Assembly: GCA_035221665.1 (NCBI GenBank)
Contig: CM069163.1
Coordinates: 17,360,001-17,424,000 of the forward strand
Reading direction: 5' to 3'
Source of the DNA: Okamejei kenojei
Taxonomy: Eukaryota
DNA length: 64,000 bases
Part shown: in pieces, positions 13,672 through 26,532 of the stretch
Layout of the letters: every line of letters begins with the position of its first letter
Position numbering within the stretch: the first letter of the stretch is position 1
Notes under the pieces: generated by a model
Databases searched by the model: none
Seen by the model: only the letters and a program-made list of their open reading frames with translations
Told to the model about the DNA's origin: nothing
Made by a program: the position numbers and the translations under genes

Positions 13672-15540
13672 AGTTAGCTCCTGCAATATGAAAAGCAAGG
13701 CTTTCAGCTTGTCTCTGAGCCGCTGGTGGCCTGCACTTGGTGAACTCCACGAGTGGCAATGCAATGGGAATGAACACAAACTGAATCATGGTCAGCAATC
13801 TGCACACATTCACTGTGTTCAAAAGGAACGTTACAACACCTCTGACTGTATTGCCTCTGGGAATATCATCCGGATCAGGAACATAAGACAGCATAATGGA
13901 ACCAAAGGAATCATCAGTTGACAATGCTAAGGCCAGTCAATGGAAGTGCTCGTTGTAGACATTGACTCACAGTACGAGTTACACCATGGCCTTAGAGCCA
14001 CTGCATTGGAATCAGGAACAAGCACTTTGTTCCTCAAGATGTAGAAACAAGGAACTGTAGGTGCTGGCTTACACAAAAGTCACAAAGTGTTAGAGTAACT
14101 CGACGGGTCACAAGGATGCTGCCTAACCTGCTGATTACTGCAGCACTTTACGACTTAATTCTTCAAGTTAAATTGTCTTATTTAACTATGTGCATTTTAC
14201 TCTCTGCAATAAAACACGTTTACAGATTATGCCACAATGCTTATAGCCGGTGGTAATTACTGAAAACCAGCAGCAACAGCTCAGAGTAGATGATGTACTA
14301 AATGATGTAGAGCTCCTCCTTTGATCTCTCCTGCAATCCTGATTTTAAATTCTCTTTTATCCTCTACGGCACTGCTGAGATTAAAATATACCACACGGTG
14401 GAATCACAAATGGAATGGTATCGAGCCTTATTTGGCACATTGCCATTCATCATTATAACCTGAATATGAACACATAACAGTGAAAGAAATGTATATTTAT
14501 TAACATGTTAGTTTGCATATGGTTATAAGGCACATGATCTCTCCACAGCACAGCATTCCAGAAAGATCTTGGAGTAAGTTCTCAGAACTCTGGAACAGAG
14601 GAGCTGGATCCAATTTGTTTTAAATTATTGCAGATGTTGATTCTGTTGACATTTACACAGATTGATTTAGAACGTCTCTAGACTTCACCAACTCTGACCG
14701 AGCATCGTCTATGACATGGAGCAGCAATGTCGACCGGCCATCCACCTGTCCGGTTCCAGGCCTGACATGGTGAAATCCCACTGACACAGCTTTCCACTGT
14801 CGGTTGCACTGAGGGGTGTTGTGTAGTTAAACCCATCCTGCTTTGTGTGTTCCAGTATCCAACAGCAAAACCAGTCTCACTTCACTCTGAAATGCATTGG
14901 GCTGCTCCGCTGCGAGTTCACCATTCACAGACATTGTTAGTGGTGTGGGTTGTTTCTTTCACGTTATGATGATTTACAATGCCATCTTTTGGATGACTTC
15001 AAAATAAATTCTGATATAAAAGAGCCACAAAGTGCATTGAAACATCCACCCCCCCCCTTCCTCCATCTTGAGCTAGCAGTGCCTGGAAGGAAGCGATTGA
15101 GAAAACTCAGCCATTACCATACAAGCACTATCAGCCAACGTTTCAAAGTGACACTAACCAGATCACAATCCCTGGCTCTCCGCCTTATTTGTAACAAAAA
15201 TGATAATGAACTCTCTTTTAATAAATAATGCATGTGCAAATTTTTTTTTTCAACTGTACATATTATTAGGCTTGAAAACTGGATGTTCATTTCACACACT
15301 AATCATGCCAGGAAAATAAAATGTCAAGATCCAATCACATATCTACTTTGGGCTAAATGAAAGCAAGAATTCATCGCAGATTCTACCGGACTCAGTTAAT
15401 GCTGTCCTTTCACATTTCAAGTTATCGCGCTTGAATATAGCCAAGTACAATCAATATCACATTGGACCTGGAAACGGTCCACCCATCTTCCTCAGAGGGC
15501 TGTGAAGTCTGCCTGACTCACACGCACGCACATTCGCCGT

Positions 15541-15962
15541 TTAGTGAGACAAAGACTGATCCAGAAGTTTCAGGCACCCGCCCACTAAGTGGAGGCTGCC
15601 CGTGATCAGGATCTGTATGGTGGAAGCTTCCTTCAGTGCCATCGTCCCCGCGATGTGAAGGGGGGTAGCCAAGGCAGGCTGGAGGCCAGGGTCACGACCT
15701 TGGGTCGCCCACAGCAAGCCCTTGTTGATGCAGGGGAAGACAAGTGCACGGGCCGTCATCAGCTCACATTCCAGTTCATTCATCAGCAACGCTCCCCCAT
15801 CCAAGTCACCATTCTTGGCCAACACGGCTGGGCTCTCCAGAGCACTTCCCAAAGAGCCCCATAAGTTGTCCCGCTTCACCTCTGTCAGCTTGCACCAAGC
15901 GTGATGATTCTCAAGGCACCGGCTCAGCATATTCTCCAAAGACACAGTGTAATTTTTCTGAT
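15541..15962 (-). CDS. FPGS: Folylpolyglutamate synthase exon 16 (last; equals human exon 15)
   Basis: DQKNYTVSLENMLSRCLENHHAW...IQILITGSLHLVGGCLKLLDQSLSH*, with AG acceptor at 15963-15964. Confidence 0.95.
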
Positions 15963-16962
15963 CTGAAACATTACAAAATTGTGTGTATCAAATCCAGACC
16001 TTGAAAAACTTTCCTGCACATTCTTACGAAGGATGCCAAGCTTGGAAATAATTCATCAAAATGTCGCTGGAAGAAGAGGGCAGGCTCAGGATTCCACCAA
16101 CAGCAATGGGGAACGAGAACGTAATTAGATTTAGGTTGCTTAAACATCAGCTGGTAGGAACTTGAGCCATCCACTTGAGATTTGAGAAGAGAACACAATC
16201 TTTCTCCCAAAAATAGCATCTCCAAGACGTTACACAAATTCAGTCTTAAGCTACTGTTAAGGTAGATAGTGCCGTAACCCACACTACCAACTGACTAAAC
16301 ACTGCCAAATCAATAGATTGCACCCATTATTAGAAATTTACATGAAGATTTAAAAATTAGTCTGCCAAGCTCATAAACACAAGCTATATTCTTAGCATCT
16401 TGGTATCATTGTATCAGATAGCCTTCCCCCAGTAATCTTTCCAGCATTCGAATCCGGAATGACCTTTACCGATGGCACATCAACCCCCAACCTTCTCTGG
16501 CCCTCGGCTAATAGTGGTTCATAATGAGCCACAGCACCTGAACAGCTGCCACGTAATATTCACCATTAGAAACATTTTGCTTTTCAATATTTGAAACCAG
16601 CCAGTAATTCTGAACACACTGCTTAGATTCCATTGGCACATCAAGTCTTTTCCAATTCAGTGGATGCAACACCTGATATTATTATACTTCCCATGATACT
16701 GATCGTGAGGCAGGCTCCTTTCATGGATCTGATATCCATAAACGTGAAGTTTCCAGCTACGTTGTGTGCCAATTGTTTCAAGGGCACGGTGAACTGCTCC
16801 ATGTGCCACCACATCAGACTAACTCACATCCCACCACACATGAACATTTCCAATACTAGACGATATTTTACAATGTTCACCCACGTAACTCAACACAACC
16901 TCAGAAATATTCACCAACTTAGCTTGTCAAGGAGCCAATAAGAGCTCCAGTTTCTAGTCTAA

Positions 16963-17252
16963 TGGGCCTGTCCCACTTATGCGATTTTTTTCGGTGACTT
17001 GCCGGCACTCGTCATAGTCGCAGCAGGTTGCCGAACATTTTCAACATGTTGACTACTCGCGACCATAGAGGCGTCAACCCGCAACATGTCGCCAGGATGT
17101 CGCCTGTGTAGTCGTGAGAAGTCGCCCAAAGAGTCGTACCTTGTTCTGGTCGCCGCTGAATTTTCAACATGCTTAACATTTTTGGCGACCTGCAACGACC
17201 TATGACGGGTGCTGGCAGTCGCCGAAAAAGTCACGTAAGTGGGACAGGCCCA
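16963..17252. mobile_element. PIF/Harbinger-type MITE
   Basis: TIRs TGGGCCTGTCCCACTTA / TAAGTGGGACAGGCCCA, TAA TSD on both sides, and long imperfect internal inverted arms. Confidence 0.85.
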
Positions 17253-17291
17253 TAATACTACGAGGAAACTGCTTATGAACAGTGGACCTAC

Positions 17292-17361
17292 CAGGATTCG
17301 GATTCTTCTGAGCTACATCCAAGAGGTTGGGGCAGAAAACAGCAAAATCAAATTGGCATGG
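17292..17361 (-). CDS. FPGS: FPGS exon 15
   Basis: PCQFDFAVFCPNLLDVAQKNPNP(D), 70 nt, AG/GT flanks, phases consistent. Confidence 0.93.
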
Positions 17362-19782
17362 CTGAAAGAAACCACAAATCAGATTATTTTTTGAGCGGTA
17401 AACATTTCCTTTTCCCTACTTTTGTCTGCCTGTGCCAAGCACCAACCCTGGATAAAAGAGGGACTTTCCTTACAACCACCTCCCATATCTAATCATTGAA
17501 CAGCCATGGTCATTGCTGCAACTCCCAAAATCAGCAATTTGACAATGCCATAGGGGCAATGATTACATCAAATGCGTGTTACTTTAGGAAGCTAACGTGA
17601 CATTCACTTAAAGATTCTCTTTCCAACAAAAGTAATATCACATTATTTTCTATTATCTGTAGCTTATACACTTTGGCAGAAAAACATTTATTCCCCTCTC
17701 CCTTTATCGTAAACGTCACTGGAGCAGTACAATGTTACTCAGAAGGTTGAAGAATTGTTTCGTCAACCCAGCAGCCAAAAAAGATTCAGAGCTGCAAGAT
17801 ATTTGTTCAGGAAGCTACAGCAGAAATGGTTCATATTTAGCATTCACCTTTACCGAAGGACTGGCAACCCAGAGGAGGGTTACTGCAGCTGACTCAAGGT
17901 TGATGCTGGTCTGGTAATTAATGATGCTGATCCTATCCTTTAGCTCATCCCCACATTTATTTACTTTACCAGTGGTGGTCTTGCCTTTTACTGCCAAACT
18001 CCTGACTCTGCAATTCATGTAGATGCTTCAGTCGTTTCCTTCTTTAAGATACCACTTTAAACCTACACAGCCAACTAAGTGTGGCATCTGCTGTAAAATA
18101 TCTGGGTTGTTAATTGGCACTCTGTCAACTACCGAAAGATACTTTACTACTGAAATGTAAATTGCTGTACATTAAAAATGTAAACCACATCCCATCAGCT
18201 TATTGGAAAATGCAGGAAATACACAGCAATTTGCAGAAGTTTACTATTTACACTATACTACTATAATGATCAATCCCAGGCACACCATATTAAAATACAG
18301 CTGAACACAGATAATTTTGTGAAAGGTTGAGAGTATGTAAAGGATAGGCAATGGGAGGCTGAATCCCAGCCATGTCCTCAACCAGTAAACTCCTCTCGAA
18401 CACTGAGAAGATGGCGATGTCACCTTCCTGAGTGGTCTGGGTGGTGAGAGTGATCCCACAATTCTGTTGGATAGCGAGTCCCAGGAATTATATTCAGCAA
18501 TGGAGGAGGAATGAGAACACACTGCAAAGTAAAATTAACATGAGGTACAGTCAGAGTGCACTGGGGCCCAACTGCAATATATTTTGAAGGTGGCAAACAA
18601 CACTGCCTCGCTCGACCAGTGGAGGATGAAAATATTTGGGGATGAGGATGGGTGCCAACCTGGTGGGATTGCTTTGGCAGGATGGTGGATGCCAAGATGC
18701 CAAGATTACTGGAGCTGCGCTCATCCAGGCAGTGGAAACATCTCATCACACCCTGACTCGTGTTGACTTAGAACGTGGGGAGTCAACGGACAAATCACTT
18801 GCCAGAGTCTAGTTTCTATCCTGTGCTTGCAGTAACCCTGTGTGTTTGGACTGGTTACATTTCCGCTTGGTACCCAATAACCTTTTATCATCGGCAGCAC
18901 CTACTGGCATATTTCTAAAGCCGGTTTTCTCAGCCACAATTAATATCAACCAGCTCCAAGGCAAAAACCGCACTAAATGCGATCAGACTGGATTTCAGGA
19001 GGCAAATTAACTCCCAGCACTGCCTCAACAAAGACAGCAAGGAACAGAACAGGGTGTTTGGGGGGAGAGAAAGAAGAGGTCCCACCCAGACAAGAACTTG
19101 AGAAACCAGAGAAGGAGTGCAAGACGTATCACTTTCCCACAGCCCCAGCATTCAGCTCAATGCATCTGCTGATCTATGGTAGGGCCCCCTAACTGGGGGT
19201 CCGTGGCCCTGGGAGAGTTTGGCAGTGGTCAGTCACCCACACAATGCAGGAGCTGCACTAGACGCAAGAAGCCGTTTTAATTTTATTCCCATGCCCAATC
19301 CTCACAACCCTGGATATACAATATCTATTGATCGTCATCATAAATACATCCAAGACTGGAATTATTCCCCAGATGTGGATCTGCAAAGATTCATAATCCT
19401 CAGGTGAAATGAGACTCCTGGATGGATGAGGGAAGGAATGGATGGGCAGTTTGAATATGCTTGCCAGGTTAATACTTCCCCATCCATGTACACTGCACCA
19501 TGAATGTGGCGACTTCAAAGCTCAGGTCATCTTACAAAGTGCCAGCACACATTGCTGGCATTTGACAGGATCCAGTGGGTGGTGCAGACACATAGACACG
19601 GGACCTGCCCATGAAGCAGACGTTCTTAGCCCAGCAGACTGGCACAGCTTAGCGGCCGGTGTCATCAGGATACTTTTCCACGCACAGACACACACTCTCC
19701 TTCTCTGTTGTAAAGACAACCAGCAAACACACAAGCCCTTCAACAATGGGAACCCCTACCATAAACATCAAGCAGGTCTTAC

Positions 19783-19858
19783 CGCAAGCAGCTTGAGGAG
19801 CGCAGCAGCATCTCTCTCGCCTGTAGTGTTGAAAAGCAGCAAGCGGACCACAGGACCC
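19783..19858 (-). CDS. FPGS: FPGS exon 14
   Basis: GPVVRLLLFNTTGERDAAALLKLLA, 76 nt, AG/GT. Confidence 0.95.
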
Positions 19859-19969
19859 CTATCAGAAAAAAAAGTCAGAATCCAGGAAAACACCACACAG
19901 GTACTTAACTTCGGATACTTCAGCTGAGAGGAATGGTCAGCAACCCTTATAACCCTCCCACATACTTAC

Positions 19970-20022
19970 TTCACTGATTTAGCTTCCTTCGATGATTGCT
20001 CCCGAAACCATGTGACACAGGC
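19970..20022 (-). CDS. FPGS: FPGS exon 13 (3' part of human exon 12)
   Basis: ACVTWFREQSSKEAKSV(K), 53 nt. The acceptor is preceded by a CTAAC branch point and the donor is GTAAGT. Confidence 0.92.
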
Positions 20023-20936
20023 CTGAAACAAGAACGGTGTTAGAACGCTCTCGTTAAAGACCACCAATTCCCCACAATGTATAGACTCTCCTCCCTGCTG
20101 AAAATCATTCCAACTCTCCTTCGCTCCAAAACACTGCTCAATACAACCCCTCCCACTATCCACCCCACAGTTAAGCACGAGTCCTGAATCATGTGTCCCA
20201 TTCCTGGTGCTAAAGTTAAGGAGATCTTCTCAGGGCAGCAGTGGAACTGGAATAAAGATCCAGTTATTGTGGCGCATGTGGAAAATGATTATGTGGACAG
20301 CACATAAGGTGGAGGTTCTGGGGAAGGAGCATGGAAGCGCAAAGGTCCCAATTAAAAGTTTGGGAACCGTCGACTCGCAAAATGAATAACTACAGCTATG
20401 TAAAAGGCTTTATACGTTTGGGTGCATGTGGTGACAGCAGGCAGGCAGGCGGGAAATAAAGGAAGTCAAAACAAAATGGACAAGGTGATGAGATCAGTAA
20501 GGATAACCAGAGTATTTGGCGCCTCCTTCAAAGTGAGTGAGAATAGGTCCTGTCAGTCAGGGAACTGCGACCCACACACACAGTAGCTCAGTTGGCGAGA
20601 ATGTTTATGCTGAATGATCCATGCCCTGGGCATGCGCAGTTATAATACCAAACTCGCTTAGAAACAACGCATTTAACATAAGTGGGACAATAACAATCTA
20701 CAAATAGATCATGACTCTGAACAAGAGGCAGGGGTGCTGGGCTAATTCCTAAGGGAATGGAAGGGTTGGTTTTGTAGATCATTGCATTGAGGATATTTTA
20801 CATTTAGTTTTCTACAATGAGAAAGTATTAAATAGCAGAAGACACAAAGAAATGCAGATGTTAATTTACAAAAAAAAGTGCTGGAGGTCAGGCAACATCT
20901 CTGGAGGACATGAAGAGGTAGCAATGTTTTTAATCA

Positions 20937-21032
20937 GTCTGAAGAAGGGTTTCAGCCCGAAATGTTACCTATCTTCTTCGCTCCATAGATGCTGCTGCAC
21001 CCGCTGAGTTTCTCCAGCATTTTGTGTACCCC
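20937..21032 (+). mobile_element. 96-bp hammerhead-like Penelope mini-element with TSD
   Basis: 15-bp TSD CAATGTTTTTAATCA at 20922-20936 and 21033-21047. It is nearly identical to 61709-61800. Confidence 0.85.
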
Positions 21033-21379
21033 CAATGTTTTTAATCATGTTACTATTAGAGAAGATTAATTGTAACATAATAGAATGTTGCATAAAGCAC
21101 TGAAATTAATTTAGTTTAGCTCAAAATGATTGTCTTAAGCCTATGCAAAGCACATCACAAAGGTGTAATAAGGTTAGAAAATTGTCTTAAAAGATTCAAC
21201 CGGGAAAAAAAAGCAATGGCTAACACTTGTAGAATGGATACATAGCTTGAAGCAAACATCCCTCCAAAGCATAAACACTCAAGTGGAAAAGTGGTCCAGA
21301 CATCACAAACAAAGTCTGTTGAAGGCAGCATTAGATTGAAAGGCTGAGAATATTGCCAAAACCAGCAAAGGCTCTGTGG

Positions 21380-22260
21380 GAGCACGGGGGCAGCAGAGAA
21401 GTTGCAAGCAATGTTGACAAGCTAGGTTAATTAGCGGACATGGCAAATGAATTTTAATGTGGACAAATCCAAGGTCATCAATTTTGTAGAAGAAAAACTA
21501 AAGTGGAGTATTTTTCAATGACGCGAGATTGAAATGAGTTGATATTCAGAGAGATGTGGACATCCTGCTACATGATTCACTGCAACCGATGTGCAGGAAC
21601 AGCTAGCAAAGAGTCTGTTGGCCTTTATTTCAAGAGAATACTGCAAGGTAAATGCAAAAATGACATTTGCACTGGCTGGACGTTTCAAAACAGGGTTCTT
21701 TCTTTCCTGAAGAAATGGTCCTGACCCAAAATGTCACCTATCCATCTTCTCCAGGGATGCTCACTGACCCACGGAGTTACTCCAGCAATTTTTTTTTTGT
21801 AAACCAGCATTCCATATTTCTACATCTCTCCTTTGGTAATTAATCTTTACTGACGTAAAAGATCAGCCGTCATTTTATTGAATGGTGGAAGTGGGTGTAT
21901 GTGCCACATTTGGGGTTTTGTGTGTGGTTCTGATTGTCACATTACAAGGAGAATGTGGAGGCTTCGAAGAGGGTGCAGGGAACATTTTCCAAGATGTTTG
22001 GCTGGTTTAGAGAGTGTTAACTATAAGGAGAGGTTGAACAAACCTGGATGTTTTCTCTGGGGTGTGGAAAACCTGATAGAAATATGTCAAGTTATGAGAG
22101 ACATAGATAGGGTGAACAGTCAGGATCTTTTTTTCCAGGGTGGAAGTAATAGGCTAGAGGGCATAGCTTTAAGGTGAGGGAGGCATTGTTTAAAGGAGAT
22201 GCGCTGGGCATTTTTTTTTTTTTAAATAAACAGAGTGGTGGGTGCCTGGTACATGCTGGT
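21380..22260 (+). mobile_element. Degenerate CR1-type LINE fragments with an embedded Penelope-tail repeat (about 21706-21830)
   Basis: LESVNYKERLNKPG-like translation and CR1 3' motifs. Confidence 0.6.
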
Positions 22261-22980
22261 TGGGACGATTTAGTCTAGTAGTTTATTGTCATGTGTACTG
22301 AGGTACAGTGGAAAGCGTTTTTGTTGCGTGCTATCCAATCAGCAAAAAAACTATATATGATTGCAATCAAGCCATCCACAGTGTACATATAATGATAAAG
22401 AGAATAACATTTACTGCAAGATAAAGTCCAGTAAAGTTTCATTAAAGATAGTCCGTGGCTCAAGCTCAGCACCCGCTCTTTATTTGATGGTTCAGTTGCC
22501 TGATAACAGCCAGCCCGGCAACCCTGACTGGGGCCCGGATCCACTGGGGCCCGGCAACCCTCAGAGATAATTAGGGTGAGGTTTTATGATATAGGATCAG
22601 GTGCAGGCAGAAATTAACTTATCTTGGCATCATATTCCACACGTATGTTGTGGGCCAAAGGGCCCTGTTCCTGTGCTGTACTACTCAATGCATAACCAAA
22701 CTTCAGCAGCTTTTCCTCTGCTCCGGTGAAGCAGTTTCTGGATTTAATTTGCAAGTGTGCACCATGAGCAAGTGAGTGATGGAGCTCAGTGTGTTGGGGA
22801 TTGGGGGTAGTGGATGGATAGCACCGGAGCAAGATGCCTTAGAGGCAAGCTTTAACAGCTCAGAAAACCTCTGTATGAGGAGCTAACAGGGTTTGTGGCA
22901 CTCAACAAACCATTCTGACACAAATACAGACTCTAAGCAGCTCTAATAAAGATGGCAGACCCCATATTATGCCAACACAC

Positions 22981-23078
22981 CTTTATACTGCCAATCGTAT
23001 GGGCACCATCAATGTAATATGTCACAGAGCCACGCTTCAGGATCTGCGAACGACCCAGCCATTCAGTATTGCGTAATC
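22981..23078 (-). CDS. FPGS: FPGS exon 12 (5' part of human exon 12)
   Basis: GLRNTEWLGRSQILKRGSVTYYIDGAHTIGSIK, containing the DGAHT motif. 98 nt, donor AAG|GTGTGT. Confidence 0.93.
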
Positions 23079-24888
23079 CTGGAGTAAAATCAGAGACAAA
23101 AGGTTCACATGTCAAGTAAATCCCAGATCACCTTGTGGAGAAACATGCACTTGGATTGCAAATTCTTCATCTTCCACAAGAAATCACTCAAACATCTTGT
23201 GGAACACAGGTAGCACCTCCTCAGACCCTAGCTCATAAATTCTCAATGAGAAGTTATGACCTATTAATCTCACCCTGTCTGCAGCAAACTTCTACCCCTT
23301 CCGTTCTCCCAATCCACTTAGGATCGTTGTCACTCAGTCCAATGAGAATCATTGTTCTCTATTCCCTGGTGATGGAGACACTCCTCCCTGGAATAACACC
23401 TTCAAACCTTCCTGTTGGATCCACAAGCCAAGGGTGACACAAGAAACAAGTGAACCCCATTTATCATTAAAAATAAGCAAATTCCAACAGCAATAATAAC
23501 CAGTGGAAAGTACTCAGCCAATTAATATGGCAGTCCGTCAAACAGATCTCCAGTGTCATTTATGTTCAATCCTGACTTTCTCTTATCCTCTTCAGCTAAC
23601 TTGCATTGCAGTTGTCATGTTACTGGATTATTAAGCAAGGGATCTAGACTACAAGTGACCAGGCATCATATTCACATTCCACCATGGCAGTTGGAGAATT
23701 CAAATACATCTCACTAAATAAATCTCGAATTTAAAATCCTGTGACTGTATTGGCAACGTTTGAACCACTGGATTGTCGGAATCAACCGCCTGACTTACGA
23801 AAGTGTGTTATCTTTACCATATGGTCCATACGTGATGTCTGACTCACAGCAAGGGAAACAAATCTTAGCTGCTCTCTATGATGGACGAATGGCCTGCTCC
23901 TGCACCTATTTTCTATGTTTCTATGTGAGATTCAAGGCTGCAGCTCTGTGTTTATTCAGCTCTAAGTTTATTCAGGAAAGGACAAATACTGTCCTCACCA
24001 GTAATGCCCACATCATTGACCAAATCTGATAGAGCTTGAATACCATTCCAATTCAAAGCTCCTACTGCTCAGCTGGTTTGGCAACTGGATCATCATCTGC
24101 CCACATTGGTGACAGACTCCAGACTACAAGAATACTGAAACCAAAGCGATGTGGCCAAACAGGGGTTAATTATAAGAATTATCTTAATACATTTGACTAT
24201 TTGCTCAAGTAAAGAAGAAGCTAATTGTGATCTAACTCATGCATGTAGAAGACAAAGACGTTTTGCCCTCCAGAACCAAGGGGCATGTTTACACTAAAAG
24301 CTGGGCCACCTGGGAATCAAACCAGGAAGAACTCATGCAGGAATCAGCTTGGTCCCTGAAACCAGCCTTGGGCTGATCCACTTCCTGCAGCACTGATTTG
24401 AAGCCAAACCACCGCACATCAATTTACTGTAAATATATCCCGATATAAATAACTCTGCTTTTCCATCTGAATGAAGCTTCTGTGACACAATGCTCTTCCA
24501 AACCATGCTGAATTGCACTTCTATTTGAACCCAATGTCCTAAATTGCCCCACAGTCCATTTCAGGGAGCAGCGTGAATTAAAGAACCTGCAAAGACTTGA
24601 TGGGCTGAATGGTGTTCTGCTTTAACATTCTCTGTGCTGGGATTAAGTGATTTACCACTGAAGTCCACCAGAAGGCAGCACCTGCACAAGGCTGTGTTGC
24701 AGCAGCTATTGTTGATCTGTCCAGTTCTCATCATGCACCCACAGACATCCACTGGGGTGCAATTACTAAGAGTACCATTATCACACGATCCTTGACCAAA
24801 CACAAAACGTTGTGTGTTCTTCATCCCACCAAGAACATATGGTAAAGTTATGTGTTGCTGCCAGGGGAAGGGAGAGATGGGTCAAAGC

Positions 24889-26277
24889 CAGGCACGTGCC
24901 GTCAGGGTAGGCAAGGTAGGCACTGCCTACCCTGACTAAAATTATAAAATGATAATTATTAAATATAAATAGTAAAGGCATGGGAGAATTATACCTACCT
25001 AAGAGATCGATCTCTTAGGTAGGCATAATTAATTCTCCATGCCTTTCATCCGCAGTACAAGTAATACGTGAAAGTCTGTGCAGCTGACGTGCCGTCGATG
25101 TTGCTTCAAGCCGTCAATGACAAGGGGAGCTGAAGGCAGCTGAAATTCTGCCTTTGCACCGTGGACTGCATACTGCGCATGCGCAGCGCAAGTTTCTTGG
25201 CGGGTTTTTCAAACGTGGATTGTCATTATCTTAAGGCTATCTTAGGAAACAAAGAGAGAAGAATGGAGTTTGTGTACCAATAATGTGGTAAGTAGATTTC
25301 TTGGTGCTATGTTTTTGAATACCGTATTTACCGGCAATGAAGACACTATTTCTTTCCCAAAAATAAGGCATGAAAATTTACATGTGTCTTGGAAGCCGAA
25401 GTTGGAAAGTTGTTAGCCAAGAAAGATAGATTTGGCTATCCCTCAGTACAGCAACATCAAGAACAATGTTGTTGTACCGAGGGATAGCCAAGTCTATCCC
25501 TCATTGCTGGCAGCTGACGGGAAGCGGCTGTAAAAGGACAGCGCCGCTGGGGGGGGGGGGGTGGGGGGAGAAGAAGAGTTCCTTTCACAGCGTGTGGGGA
25601 GTCTGGGCAGGGGTAAAATTGCAGGGAGGGCAGGAACGTTGAGAAGGAGGGGGTCGGGGATCATGCCAGCAAACCACTTGCTGCGACATCCGGGCGCGGA
25701 GCCAACGCATTGTGGCCGGGGAGGGAAGTAGCTCGGGTCGCTGTGAGCGGCCACCGGGACTGGGCAGTGGATCTGGACGCCATCTCAGCGCCTTCTGCCG
25801 GTCCACTCACCTTTGGCAGTCCTCTCCGTTTGAAAACCTCTCTCCTGCCGCTCGCCGGTCTCACTCATGTCAGCTGCTTCCCACAAATTGTTAAATTCCG
25901 ACAACGCGATCAAGGGACCAATTGAGGTTACTCGGCTGTCGGAATTTGAGGATTTGCGGGAAGCAGCTGACATAAGCGAGGCCGGCGAGCGGCAGGAGAG
26001 AGGTTTGCAGACGGAGAGCACTGCCAGAGGTGAGCGGGCCAGAAGGCACTGAGGTCCCGGCAGCCGCTCGCAGCCAGCAAAACTACTTCCCTCCCCGGCC
26101 GCAATGTGGTGGATCCGCGCCCGAAGCGCCGTGGCAGCGGTGAGTGAGTTACCAGCATGATCCACGACCCCCTCCTTCTGAATGCCCTCCCCATAGCTTA
26201 CGGAGAGAACAATCTGTGCATGCGCAGTTAAGATTTTTAAAAATCTACCATGAGTAATTACACACAGCACGTGCCTG
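24889..26277. mobile_element. Non-autonomous hAT-type DNA transposon, hairpin-rich
   Basis: 11-bp TIRs CAGGCACGTGC / GCACGTGCCTG and an 8-bp TSD GTCAAAGC / GTGAAAGC (1 mismatch). No transposase ORF. Confidence 0.75.
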
Positions 26278-26532
26278 GTGAAAGCAGTAAATACACCAAC
26301 TGGTTTACCGTATCAAAATACACCAACTGGTTTACCGTATCATTGGAATGAAAATTAGTTGTACTTTTAAGCAATTTTTTTTACATTCCTTTCCAAAGAA
26401 TGTATCCATGTTTTATCACAAGGACCTATTCCGAAGTGTAGTCATTGTTGCATTAAGCCAATTCCGTATTCCAAAAAACGCAAGGAATCATGGGATACCA
26501 GGCAGGCTGGGGGAGGCGCCCACAGCTGCAGC

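Noticed and set aside
12000-15540. FPGS polyadenylation site and the extent of the ENG 3' UTR
   Set aside because: There are many AATAAA candidates in AT-rich DNA, and none can be chosen without transcript data.
26289-26342. Short tandem duplications here and at about 39211-39247, 40575-40613 and 40689-40721
   Set aside because: These are ordinary slippage or repair duplications with no further structure.
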